Positions 37,441 to 46,923 of a DNA stretch of 64,000 nucleotides are shown here, one piece after another. Every line of letters begins with the position of its first letter. Positions within the stretch are counted from its first letter, which is position 1. The position numbers and the translations under genes were made by a program. The notes below the pieces were generated by a model that did no database searches, was not told where the DNA came from, and worked only from the letters and a program-made list of their open reading frames with translations. The DNA comes from Parcubacteria group bacterium (GTDB taxonomy: Bacteria > Patescibacteriota > Minisyncoccia > UBA6257 > Colwellbacteraceae): positions 90,981 through 154,980 of the forward strand of contig JBAZMT010000001.1 in the NCBI GenBank assembly GCA_041649615.1, given 5' to 3'.

Positions 37441-38505
37441 CTACCACTCGTCCTCTAAATCTTCAAGCGTTTTTTTCGTTTTGGGGTTTATTTTTTTCGG
37501 CGCTTTAAAATCAAGGAATACGACTAAGTCGCCTCCTTTGGCAGCGCCTTCACCCCTCACTCTTATTTCTTTGCGGAGACTTTCCCCCGGAGAAATCGTT
37601 ATCTCCACGTCTTTCCCAAGAATGGTCTTAACCGTTATTTTCTTCCCGAGCAAAATGTCGGAAAACTTAACTTCTTTGAAAGTGATAAGATCATCCCCTT
37701 CTCTTCTAAACGCTTTGTGAGGAAGTACGCGCACTCGCGCGTATAAGTCGCCGGTGTCGGCTCCTTTTTCACCCGCTTCTCCCAGTCCTTTGATTTTGAT
37801 TATTTGTCCGTCCGCCACTCCGGGATGGATCAATACGTCCGTTTCGCGATCTCCCTTTACCCGTCCTTTACCGCCGCAATTTTTACAGGGATCGATGGGA
37901 ATTTCGCCGATACCGTCGCATTCTCCGCATACGGACACTCGGGAAAAGGCGCCAAGGATCGTTCTTTTCATTTCCCTTATACTTCCGCTCCCGCCGCAAG
38001 TCCGGCATTTTGAAAATCCTTTCTCTGGATTATATCCTTTCCCGTTACATTTAGAACAACTTACAAACGTTTTAAACGAAATGGGCACTTTTATCCCTTT
38101 TACGGCTTCTTCAAGAGTAATGTTTAAAATCACTTCCGCATCCGATCCTCTCTTTCGCACCGGGCGCGTAAAATTGCCCATACCAATGCCCCCGAATATT
38201 CCCTCAAAAATACTCGCCATATCCCCCGCGTCAAAGTTGCTGAAATCAAAATTCATTCCGTTCATCCCGGCGGCTCTCGAAAAGGGATTTCCCGAAAAGT
38301 CGGCGGAGCCAAATCGGTCGTAATTTTCCCTTTTTCCTTTGTCGGACAGAACTTGATATGCCTCGCTTATTTCTTTAAATTTGTCGGCATTTCCACCCGT
38401 TTTATCCGGGTGGTATTCGTGGGCAAGCTTACGGTAAGCCTTTTTTATTTCCTCCTCTGTAGCGTTTTTTTGGACGCCAAGAATATCGTAATAATCTTTT
38501 TTCAT
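37441..38505 (-). CDS. dnaJ: chaperone DnaJ
   Basis: J domain with HPD, G/F region, four CxxCxGxG repeats. Confidence 0.9.
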   Translation of the reverse strand: MKKDYYDILGVQKNATEEEIKKAYRKLAHEYHPDKTGGNADKFKEISEAYQVLSDKGKRENYDRFGSADFSGNPFSRAAGMNGMNFDFSNFDAGDMASIFEGIFGGIGMGNFTRPVRKRGSDAEVILNITLEEAVKGIKVPISFKTFVSCSKCNGKGYNPEKGFSKCRTCGGSGSIREMKRTILGAFSRVSVCGECDGIGEIPIDPCKNCGGKGRVKGDRETDVLIHPGVADGQIIKIKGLGEAGEKGADTGDLYARVRVLPHKAFRREGDDLITFKEVKFSDILLGKKITVKTILGKDVEITISPGESLRKEIRVRGEGAAKGGDLVVFLDFKAPKKINPKTKKTLEDLEDEW

Positions 38506-38519
38506 TCGAATTTACGGTT

Positions 38520-39536
38520 TTATCTCAGTAAAACCACTTCTTTGCTTTTCGGTTCAAAATAAACCTCCGCAAATTTTATCGCAAGGATCAGCTGATAAAT
38601 TAGAAACGATAGTAACGCGACAAGCCATCCCAAGAGCCAGAACGCTCCGCGAACGGCGGTAAAAATAATTATCGTTGCAATGAGAGCCAGATAATTTGAG
38701 GGAATCGTTTCAATGACGTCCTGGAACTTGTCAGTGGCCGCGTTTCTAAAATTTTCCTCAAAGGAAGCGTCAAGATCAATGTTTAATCCGATGTCGTCTC
38801 GAAGCATTGTTTCATAATCCGCAATTTTTTGATCAATTAGTCTCTCTTTCTGGCCTTCCGGCATCAGGGCAAATTCCACGGCGTCCGGTCTTGCAAGGGA
38901 TTGCCTCGCCGAGATCGTCAGAAAATCGCGAAAACTCATATTTAGAGTAAATCCCGGAGCGTAATAACCAATCACGGGCGAGGAAACGGAAATCATCCCT
39001 CTCACAAATCGTTCCGAGAATAAATCTTCCGCTTTAAAATTCCATCCATAGCTTACGGCTATCGCGAGAGCAATAATGGTAAAGGCTCTCGCAAGCACTT
39101 TGCCGGAAAATTTGGTGAAACTTACTCGCAATGAATTATCCAGTTCTCTTTTTCCGCGCCATATTCCTTCCGTAAGAATAATGACGGAGACAGCCGCAAG
39201 AATAATTATGGGGATAAACGGAATTCTGCCGAAAATGAACAAAGGGAGCGCTAAAAGTACGGAAGAAAACAACGAAACCAAAAAAAGAAACTTTCTGGCT
39301 TTAACAAGAACGGGGACGAGAGTGATAAACGAAGCAAAAACGATTCCTGTCACGATAGCGGAGAAGAAAGACCAGGCAAACAAAGCGTAACCGAACAAAA
39401 AAGCGAAAGCCGCGGTAACGGCGATAACCGCGAAAACTTTAATAGGAGAATAATCCGTTTCGGATATTTCTTCGTTACGCCTGGCCGCCTTCTTTGTTTT
39501 CTCCGTTTTCTCCTGAGTCGGAATTGTTTCCGCCAT
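38520..39536 (-). CDS. polytopic membrane protein of unknown function inserted between dnaK and dnaJ
   Basis: 338 aa, ~6 predicted TM helices, no known motifs. Confidence 0.3.
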   Translation of the reverse strand: MAETIPTQEKTEKTKKAARRNEEISETDYSPIKVFAVIAVTAAFAFLFGYALFAWSFFSAIVTGIVFASFITLVPVLVKARKFLFLVSLFSSVLLALPLFIFGRIPFIPIIILAAVSVIILTEGIWRGKRELDNSLRVSFTKFSGKVLARAFTIIALAIAVSYGWNFKAEDLFSERFVRGMISVSSPVIGYYAPGFTLNMSFRDFLTISARQSLARPDAVEFALMPEGQKERLIDQKIADYETMLRDDIGLNIDLDASFEENFRNAATDKFQDVIETIPSNYLALIATIIIFTAVRGAFWLLGWLVALLSFLIYQLILAIKFAEVYFEPKSKEVVLLR

Positions 39537-41343
39537 CTCCTTTATTGTACAAAGACTCTCCTATTTTTTGAAGCGAAGAAGAAAGCGCGGAAGAAGCGGA
39601 TTCAATTTTTTCCAAATCTTCCGAACCGAGTGTGGAACGCAAATCGGATATTTTTTCTTCAATTTCCGATCTAATCGAAGGATCAATTTTACCTTCCGCG
39701 TCTTTTAGGGCTTTCTCGGAAGAATAAACGAGCGCTTCTCCCCTGTTTTTCGCTTCAATGAGTTCTCTTTTTTTCTTATCGCTTTCCGTATTCGCCGCCG
39801 CTTCGTTTTTGAGGCGTTCTATTTCTTCTTTTGAAAGCGAAGTTTGAGCTTCGACTCTTACCGACTGACTTTTTCCGGTGGCTTTATCGGCGGCTTTGAC
39901 GCTCAAGATGCCGTTCGCATCTATGTCAAAGGAAACTTCTATTTGAGGCATTCCTCTTCTCGCCGGAGGAATTCCGTCAAGAATGAACCGCGCTAAGGTT
40001 TTATTGTCTTCCGCCATCGGACGTTCTCCCTGCATCACGCGAATTTCAACGGACATCTGATTATCGGCAGCGGTGGAGAATATCTGTGTTTTGGTTGTGG
40101 GAACGGTCGTGTTCTTCGGAATCATGGGCGTAGCTATTCCTCCTAAAGTTTCAATACTTAAAGTCAAAGGCGTTACGTCCAAAAGAAGAATGTCCTTGAC
40201 GTCTCCCTGGAAGATGCCTCCCTGGATGGCGGCTCCTTCGGCCACAACTTCGTCCGGATTTATTCCCCGGCTCGGTTCTTTGCCGAAAAGATTTTTAACC
40301 GAAGTCTGGATGGCGGGCATTCTTGTCTGGCCGCCGACAAGGATTACCTCGTCAATATCAGAAACGGAAAGACCCGCTTCCTTAACCGTGTCTTCGGTAA
40401 GGCGAGCTGCGCGTTCCACGTATTCCGAAACGAGTTCTTCAAGTTTGGCCCGGGTGATTTTTATCAAAAGATGCTTCGGTCCAGACGAATCGGAAGTAAT
40501 GTAGGGCAAGTTAATTTCGGTTTCAATGGAGGAAGAAAGTTCGTGCTTCGCCCGTTCCACCGCTTCTTTCAATCTCTGAAGCGCCAAAGGGTCTTTGGAT
40601 ATGTCTATGCCTTCTTCTTCCTTGTACTTCGCAACCACGTATTCGTTTAGTTTTTTATCAAAATCGTCGCCTCCCAGGTGCGTGTCTCCTCCGGTCGCTT
40701 TGACTTCAACGGTATCGTCTCCGACTTCAAGGACGGATACGTCAAAAGTGCCGCCGCCGAAGTCGTAAACAACCAATTTTTCGTTCTTTCCGCGATTTAA
40801 TCCGTAGGCAAGAGCCGCGGCAGTAGGTTCATTAATTATTCTTTTAACTTTGAATCCGGCTATTTCGCCCGCATTTTTGGTCGCCTGACGTTGCGAGTCG
40901 TCAAAATAAGCCGGAACAGTAATAACCGCTTCTTCTATTCTTTCACCCAATCTCATTTCGGCATCGGCGCGGAGTTTTCCCAAAACCATCGCGGAAATTT
41001 CTTCCGGCGTCATCCATTTTTCGCCGAGTTTGATTTCCACTCCGCCTTCCGCGGATTCTTTAAGTTCATACGGAAGCCATTGTTTGTCGCGTTGCACTTC
41101 TTCATCGCTCCATTTACGGCCGATGAGCCTTTTGACGGAAAAGATGGTGTTCTTGGGATTCGTTATTGATTGGCGCTTCGCCAAAATACCGACGAGACGT
41201 TCGTTATTTTTGTTAACGGCCGCTATTGAAGGAGTGGTTCTCGCTCCTTCGGAAGATTCAATTATTTCCGGTTTGCCGTCACTGCCGACAAAGGCCATGG
41301 CCGAATTGGTTGTTCCTAAATCTATTCCTATTATTTTTGGCAT
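39475..41343 (-). CDS. dnaK: chaperone DnaK (Hsp70)
   Basis: 622 aa; IGIDLGTTNS, DLGGGTFD signatures. Confidence 0.95.
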   Translation of the reverse strand: MPKIIGIDLGTTNSAMAFVGSDGKPEIIESSEGARTTPSIAAVNKNNERLVGILAKRQSITNPKNTIFSVKRLIGRKWSDEEVQRDKQWLPYELKESAEGGVEIKLGEKWMTPEEISAMVLGKLRADAEMRLGERIEEAVITVPAYFDDSQRQATKNAGEIAGFKVKRIINEPTAAALAYGLNRGKNEKLVVYDFGGGTFDVSVLEVGDDTVEVKATGGDTHLGGDDFDKKLNEYVVAKYKEEEGIDISKDPLALQRLKEAVERAKHELSSSIETEINLPYITSDSSGPKHLLIKITRAKLEELVSEYVERAARLTEDTVKEAGLSVSDIDEVILVGGQTRMPAIQTSVKNLFGKEPSRGINPDEVVAEGAAIQGGIFQGDVKDILLLDVTPLTLSIETLGGIATPMIPKNTTVPTTKTQIFSTAADNQMSVEIRVMQGERPMAEDNKTLARFILDGIPPARRGMPQIEVSFDIDANGILSVKAADKATGKSQSVRVEAQTSLSKEEIERLKNEAAANTESDKKKRELIEAKNRGEALVYSSEKALKDAEGKIDPSIRSEIEEKISDLRSTLGSEDLEKIESASSALSSSLQKIGESLYNKGDGGNNSDSGENGENKEGGQA

Positions 41344-41361
41344 TGATTTTATACTGACATT

Positions 41362-41853
41362 TTATTTTGAGACGACCACGCGCGCGGGGCGCAAAAGCTT
41401 TCCATTCCACATGTATCCTTTCTCAATTTCTTCAATGACCGTTCCCGATGGCTTATCCGATTCGGTGACGGAGATCGCTTCATGAATGGCGGGATCAAAG
41501 GGATGATCAACGGAAACGATAATTCTTTCAAGGCCGCGCCTTTTTAACATATCCTCCATTTGAGCCCGTATCATGTAAACGCCTTTTGTCATTTCCATGT
41601 CTTTATCTCCCAGAGCGGCAAGGCACAAATCAAAACTATCCATAATGCCAATCATGTCGCGGATAATATCTTCTCCGGCAAAGCGAATAACTTCGTTCAT
41701 CCGCTTCAATTCGTCATTCTTGTAATTTATGAGTTCCGCTTTCGCCCTTTTCCAGCCGTCAAGATATTCGTCTCTTTCCTTCCTCATTTTTTCTTCTTCC
41801 GTCTCCTTTACCTCGGCAGCCGAAGATTCGTTTTCAACTTCTTTTTTTGGCAT
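41362..41853 (-). CDS. grpE: nucleotide exchange factor GrpE
   Basis: 163 aa; coiled-coil N-term, GrpE C-terminal beta domain. Confidence 0.85.
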   Translation of the reverse strand: MPKKEVENESSAAEVKETEEEKMRKERDEYLDGWKRAKAELINYKNDELKRMNEVIRFAGEDIIRDMIGIMDSFDLCLAALGDKDMEMTKGVYMIRAQMEDMLKRRGLERIIVSVDHPFDPAIHEAISVTESDKPSGTVIEEIEKGYMWNGKLLRPARVVVSK

Positions 41854-41955
41854 AAGTCAGCGTTATTCTAAATAAAAGACCCGCATTGTCAAGCGTTTTT
41901 GTATCCCGCAAAAGGGCTTGTCGCTACCCAATTCGGGCGATGTTATAATTCGCTC

Positions 41956-43365
41956 ATGATTTCCTTCTTCAAGGGTAATAGGCCAAAGGCGTCTTTAACG
42001 CTCTATAACACTCTTTCGGAAAAAAAGGAGGAATTTAAGCCGCAGAACGGGCGTACCGTGAAGCTCTATACCTGCGGACCAACGGTTTATAATTTCGCCC
42101 ATATCGGAAATTTAAGAACTTACATATTTGAGGATATTTTGCGAAGGACGATGGAAATCTCCGGATATCGTCCGTTTCAAGTAATGAACATTACGGACAT
42201 TGATGACAAGATAATAAAACTCTCGGTTGAGTCGCAGAAAAAGACGAAAGAAATCACTCTTCCTTTTGAAAAACATTTTTTTGAAGACATCACGAAACTA
42301 AACATTGAAATGCCCGAAAGGACTCCCAGAGCGACGGATCACGTGAAAGAAATGATCTCTCTCGTGGAAAAACTTTTAAACAAAGGATACGCCTACAAAG
42401 AAAAGGACGGTTCGGTCTATTTCAGCATTTCCAAATTCAAAGATTACGGAAAATTATCCCATCAGAATTTCAAAGAGTTAGAATCTTCCGGTCGGATTTC
42501 AAACGATGAATACGAAAAAAACGAGATCAAGGATTTCGCTTTGTGGAAAGTGAAGAAACCGGGCGAGCCTTATTGGGATTCACCCTGGGGAGAAGGAAGA
42601 CCCGGATGGCACATAGAGTGTTCCGCGATGGCGATGAAATATTTAGGAGACACTTTGGATATTCATACGGGAGGTGTGGACAACATTTTTCCCCATCATG
42701 AAAACGAAATCGCGCAATCGGAGGCGGCCACGGGGAAGCTCTTTGCAAAATTTTTCCTGCACGGGGAGCATTTGCTCGTTAACGGCGAAAAAATGGCCAA
42801 GTCGGCCGGAAACTTCTATACGCTTCGGGATATTGAAGAAAAGGGTTACGATCCTCTCTCTTTCAGATACCTTTGCCTTCAGACGCATTATCGCTCCAAG
42901 ATGAATTTCACCTGGGAGTCCCTCGGTGCGGCGGCATCGGCTTTTAATAATTTGAGACATATTTTCGCTCTTCTCCAAAGCGAGCAAAAAGAAGGAAATG
43001 CCGGGAAAATTTCCGTAGAAGGAAAAACGGCAGAGGAAAAAATGTTTGGCGCCTTGAGTGATGATTTGAACACGCCGAAGGCGCTTGCCGTTCTGTGGGA
43101 TTCGCTTAAAGACAAGGATCTATCGGTGAAGGATAAGTTGTGGCTCATAAAATATGCCGATCGCGCGCTGGGACTTAAAATTTCCGGGACGCCGGAAATA
43201 TTTGAAATAATAGTGCCCGAAGAATTGAGTAAATTAGCGGACGAGAGGGAGAAATTGAGAAAAAAGGGCGATTATTTGGCGGCCGATAAAATTAGGAAGA
43301 AAATTGAAGAAAAAGGATACGAGATAACGGATGAGCCGGGCGCATATAAGATAAGAAAAAAATGA
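41956..43365 (+). CDS. cysS: cysteinyl-tRNA synthetase (start at MISFF; ORF caller start 41899)
   Basis: HIGN (HIGH variant), KMAKSAGN (KMSKS), CysRS zinc ligands; extended -10 TGtTATAAT 6 nt upstream of 41956. Confidence 0.9.
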   Translation: MISFFKGNRPKASLTLYNTLSEKKEEFKPQNGRTVKLYTCGPTVYNFAHIGNLRTYIFEDILRRTMEISGYRPFQVMNITDIDDKIIKLSVESQKKTKEITLPFEKHFFEDITKLNIEMPERTPRATDHVKEMISLVEKLLNKGYAYKEKDGSVYFSISKFKDYGKLSHQNFKELESSGRISNDEYEKNEIKDFALWKVKKPGEPYWDSPWGEGRPGWHIECSAMAMKYLGDTLDIHTGGVDNIFPHHENEIAQSEAATGKLFAKFFLHGEHLLVNGEKMAKSAGNFYTLRDIEEKGYDPLSFRYLCLQTHYRSKMNFTWESLGAAASAFNNLRHIFALLQSEQKEGNAGKISVEGKTAEEKMFGALSDDLNTPKALAVLWDSLKDKDLSVKDKLWLIKYADRALGLKISGTPEIFEIIVPEELSKLADEREKLRKKGDYLAADKIRKKIEEKGYEITDEPGAYKIRKK

Positions 43366-44726
43366 TGGAAAGAAGCGACATCAGAATACCTCCTCAAGAC
43401 ATCCAAGCCGAGCAGTCGGTTTTGGGAGCCGTGATGATAGACAAAGACGCTATCGGAACCATAGCCGATACGCTTGAACCGGGAGATTTTTACGATAAGA
43501 AGAACGGAATGATATATGAGGTTATGCTCCGGTTATGGGAAAAAAAGGCTCCGATCGATCTTTTGTCCCTTTCGGCGGAATTAAAAAAAGCCGGCTTTGC
43601 GGAACAAACAGGAGGCATCGGTTATCTGACCGACCTCGTTAACGCCGTTCCTTCAGCCGCTCACGTGGCGCATTATGCCGGAATCGTAAAGGAGAAAAAA
43701 ATATTAAGGGACCTAATAAGCGCTTCCGGCACCATTACCGAGAGCGCGATGGCGGAGTCCGAGGACATAGATACGCTTTTAGACAACATTGAACAAAAAG
43801 TATTTTCCATAACCAACAAGTCGGTCATAAGAACGTTCGCTTCGGTAAAAGACGAATTGCCGGCCGCCTACGAAAGACTTGAAAGAATAACTCACGGAGA
43901 CGTGACTCGCGGCGTGCCGACCGGTTTCACGGAATTGGACAACATTCTTTCGGGGCTTCAAAAGTCGGATTTGATAATAGTCGGAGCAAGGCCTTCTTTC
44001 GGAAAGACTTCGTTCGCGCTTGATATCATACGGCACGTCGGAACAAGAATCGGATTGGGAGTCGGTATTTTCTCTCTTGAAATGTCGCGGGAACAAATAA
44101 TGGACAGGTTTATTTCGGCGGAATCAAAAGTGTCTCTTTGGAAAATACGCACCGGAAAACAATTGGACGCTCTTGATTATGAAATGATACAAGCGGCGTT
44201 CGATCGCCTTTCAACGACCAGAATTTACGTTGATGACACTCCTTCTCCGAACATTTTGGAGATCAGAAGAATGGCGAGAAGGCTTCAGGCAGAAGAAAAA
44301 AATCTGGGACTCATAGTCGTGGATTATTTGCAGCTCATTCAGCCCCGGAAAACTTCGGATAATCCGGTTCAGCAAATAACCGAAATATCCCGCGGATTAA
44401 AAACAATCGCAAGAGAATTGAACGTCCCCATACTGGCCATTTCGCAATTATCGAGAGGAGTTGAACAACGGGACAACAAAGTGCCCAAACTTTCCGACCT
44501 TCGCGATTCGGGTTCAATAGAACAAGACGCGGACGTGGTGCTTTTCATACATCCCGCTTGGCGCTACGAACAAGAATTGGACAATCCGGCGCAGGAAGGA
44601 TTTACCGAAATATACGTGGCCAAGCACAGAAACGGTCCTTTGGGAGTCGTGCAGCTTCGTTTCAACAAAGAGTCCGCAAGCTTTGAAAATATTGACGTGA
44701 TTCATGAAAATACCGAATTCAATTAG
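43362..44726 (+). CDS. dnaB: replicative DNA helicase DnaB
   Basis: 454 aa; N-terminal DnaB domain, Walker A GARPSFGKTSFA, RecA-like core. Confidence 0.9.
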   Translation: MMERSDIRIPPQDIQAEQSVLGAVMIDKDAIGTIADTLEPGDFYDKKNGMIYEVMLRLWEKKAPIDLLSLSAELKKAGFAEQTGGIGYLTDLVNAVPSAAHVAHYAGIVKEKKILRDLISASGTITESAMAESEDIDTLLDNIEQKVFSITNKSVIRTFASVKDELPAAYERLERITHGDVTRGVPTGFTELDNILSGLQKSDLIIVGARPSFGKTSFALDIIRHVGTRIGLGVGIFSLEMSREQIMDRFISAESKVSLWKIRTGKQLDALDYEMIQAAFDRLSTTRIYVDDTPSPNILEIRRMARRLQAEEKNLGLIVVDYLQLIQPRKTSDNPVQQITEISRGLKTIARELNVPILAISQLSRGVEQRDNKVPKLSDLRDSGSIEQDADVVLFIHPAWRYEQELDNPAQEGFTEIYVAKHRNGPLGVVQLRFNKESASFENIDVIHENTEFN

Positions 44727-45303
44727 GCTTTTCGTGGACGGTTTTTCCAAGTTGCCCGGCGTCGGTCCGCGTCAGGCCATTAGGCTTGCGTATTATCTCG
44801 CAGAAAGAAAAAAAGAAGCCGCCGATTTGGCGATCGCGATAGGCACGCTTCAAAAACTTAAAATTTGCCCGAACTGCTTTTTCACGCACGATCGCGAAGA
44901 AGAATTGTGCGGAATATGCGGCAGTCAGACGAGAAATAAAGAGGTTGTCGCCATAGTGGAAAAAGAGACGGATTTGATTTCCATTGAATCGGCAGAAAAA
45001 TATCGGGGCGTTTATTTGTGTTTGGGCGACATTAAAAAAGCGGGAAAGCTTGACTCAAATCAAAAAGAGAGGCTTGATCTACTCCGAGAAAAGGCAAGAA
45101 CTCTGCCCCAAGGAAAATTAAAAGAAATAATAATCGCTTTCAGTCCAACAACCGCGGGAGACATATCGGCTGAAATAATAGCGGAATACGTCAAACAAGC
45201 GGCGGAAAAAACGACAAGACTCGGCAGAGGAATACCGATAGGAGGAGAAGTGGAATTCGCCGATGCGGAAACTTTGATTGAAGCATTGGAAAGCCGAAAA
45301 TAA
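44704..45303 (+). CDS. recR: recombination protein RecR
   Basis: HhH, C4 zinc finger CPNC...CGIC, Toprim domain. Confidence 0.9.
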   Translation: MKIPNSIRLFVDGFSKLPGVGPRQAIRLAYYLAERKKEAADLAIAIGTLQKLKICPNCFFTHDREEELCGICGSQTRNKEVVAIVEKETDLISIESAEKYRGVYLCLGDIKKAGKLDSNQKERLDLLREKARTLPQGKLKEIIIAFSPTTAGDISAEIIAEYVKQAAEKTTRLGRGIPIGGEVEFADAETLIEALESRK

Positions 45304-45330
45304 AAAACCGCCAGGTAGCGGGTCTTTATT

Positions 45331-45639
45331 TTAGGCGATGCTTATAATTTCCACTTCCGAGAACGCTTGGCGATGAGTTTTCTTCTTATCAAAGCGGTTT
45401 TTGGAATGGAACTTAAAAACGATTTTCTTTTCGTCTCTTCCCTGATTTAAGATTTTTCCTTTGACTATGGAGCTTTCCAAATACGGATATCCGATTTCTA
45501 TGCCGGAATCGGTTTCCTTCAAAAGGACTTTATCAAACAAAACCTCGCTTCCTTCGGAAACGTCCAGTTTTTCGGTTTTGATTTTTTCTCCGGGGAGAAC
45601 GACATACTGTTTCCCTCCGGTTTCTATTACGGCAAACAT
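45331..45639 (-). CDS. rplU: ribosomal protein L21 (start at MFAVIETGGKQY; upstream ORF extension judged spurious)
   Basis: MFAVIETGGKQYVV L21 N-terminus. Confidence 0.8.
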   Translation of the reverse strand: MFAVIETGGKQYVVLPGEKIKTEKLDVSEGSEVLFDKVLLKETDSGIEIGYPYLESSIVKGKILNQGRDEKKIVFKFHSKNRFDKKKTHRQAFSEVEIISIA

Positions 45640-45686
45640 TCTAGTTTCGCATTCTATCAGAGTGGTGGGGATTCTTGCAAATCGGG

Positions 45687-46016
45687 CTAGTAAATGAAAA
45701 CGATGGTCGCGATTTTCAGTAGAATTATGGCCGGGATGAAGACGGCGAGACTTCCCAAAAGATGAGAAACCATCCTGTCTTTTTTCATGATTCCCGCGGA
45801 GGCGGCGATGTTTATGCCGCAAATGACAAGAGCTACAACAGAGAGACTTAAGAGGGAATGTTTGTCCCCTATCGCTCCCTTAAGGATCAAAAACGCTCCT
45901 TCAGGAACGGCGAAAAGAGCGGAAAGAAAAACGGTAATCAAAATGGCGAGAGAAATTATGCCGTAAACGGCGAAGAGAGGCAGTCTCATTTTGAATTGTA
46001 ATTTTTCTTCGTTCAT
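45687..46016 (-). CDS. small membrane protein, unknown function
   Basis: 109 aa, 3 predicted TM helices. Confidence 0.25.
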   Translation of the reverse strand: MNEEKLQFKMRLPLFAVYGIISLAILITVFLSALFAVPEGAFLILKGAIGDKHSLLSLSVVALVICGINIAASAGIMKKDRMVSHLLGSLAVFIPAIILLKIATIVFIY

Positions 46017-46082
46017 TTAACGGACTAATAATAAATTAAAATAGACAAAATGGAAATTTTATTGTTAAACTCAAGCCGTACA

Positions 46083-46154
46083 GGCCCTATCGTCTAGTGG
46101 TTAGGACGCCAGGTTCTCATCCTGGTAACAGGGGTTCAACTCCCCTTGGGGCTG
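46083..46154 (+). tRNA. tRNA-Glu (anticodon CUC)
   Basis: acceptor GGCCCUA/UGGGGCU (two G:U pairs), anticodon stem CCAGG/CCUGG, loop UUCUCAU, T-arm AGGGG-UUCAACU-CCCCU; no CCA. Confidence 0.8.
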
Positions 46155-46162
46155 CAGTTTAA

Positions 46163-46196
46163 AAGACTATCCTGATGGTTTTTGGATAGTTTTTTA
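46163..46196 (+). terminator. hairpin plus U-run immediately after tRNA-Glu
   Basis: AAGACUAUCC-UGAUGGUUUUU-GGAUAGUUUUUU. Confidence 0.4.
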
Positions 46197-46211
46197 AAAT
46201 TCAGTTTTTGT

Positions 46212-46347
46212 AAGGGGAATTGAACGTTGAGTGGGGTCGGGAGAACGCTTTAAGCGGTCTCCCGTGTAGGAAGATATTAGAAACCGAGGGTTTCTAAAAC
46301 GGAGCGAGCCTAGAGCGAGCGAGTAGTTCAATTCCCCTTGGGGCTGC
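46212..46347 (+). repeat. tRNA-adjacent conserved structured repeat, copy 1 (14-bp perfect terminal inverted repeat; 3' end duplicates tRNA-Glu 3' end)
   Basis: AAGGGGAATTGAAC...core GAACGUUGAGUGGGGUCGGGAGAACGCUUUAAGCGGUCUCCCGUGUAGGAAGAUAUUAGAAACCGAGGGUUUCUAAA...GTTCAATTCCCCTTGGGGCTGC (21/22 identical to tRNA-Glu 3' end). Confidence 0.6.
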
Positions 46348-46376
46348 TATTAAAAAATGAGCGAAAAATCGCTCAT

Positions 46377-46880
46377 TTAGCACGTCATAATCGAGTGATA
46401 ATTATGATCAACCCATGACGCATCGATGCTTTCCAATTCTTCAAGAAGGTTAAATTCCTCTTCACGTCTGAGCCACCTCATAAATTTAATCCACCTGACA
46501 AACCGGAACATTGCTTTTCCATTTCTGTTTGGCTGGAATTTGGCGCAAAGGCCCGTTCCAAAAGTCGTTCCGAAACACAGAGATGAGATGACGGTGCCAC
46601 ATTCACAGGCGAGAGGAAAATAAATCGAGTCCGTTTCATAGATTTTCCCGACGCAAGCGGCCCTTCGCGTTTTCATTTGAAAACCGCTCATATGCCAAGA
46701 AATATTTTCGTGGCCGCGATAAGGCGTGTCATCAACTTTCCCTTCGGCGTTAGGCTTAATCCCCATAAATTCACAGTGCCGAAGAATACAATGTCCATCG
46801 TTTACGCACCACTGACAATACGGAAAATAATGCCCTTCTATAAATTTCTCTTGGGACATTTCGCTTCCGCCTCCTTTCAA
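46377..46880 (-). CDS. Cys/His-rich hypothetical protein
   Basis: YCQWCVNDGHCILRHCEF, CVGK, CECG, LCFG...GLC; no family recognised. Confidence 0.3.
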   Translation of the reverse strand: MKGGGSEMSQEKFIEGHYFPYCQWCVNDGHCILRHCEFMGIKPNAEGKVDDTPYRGHENISWHMSGFQMKTRRAACVGKIYETDSIYFPLACECGTVISSLCFGTTFGTGLCAKFQPNRNGKAMFRFVRWIKFMRWLRREEEFNLLEELESIDASWVDHNYHSIMTC

Positions 46881-46923
46881 TGAACTGCGCTAAAGTTACA
46901 GCGCATCAGCTTGAGAATCAAGT

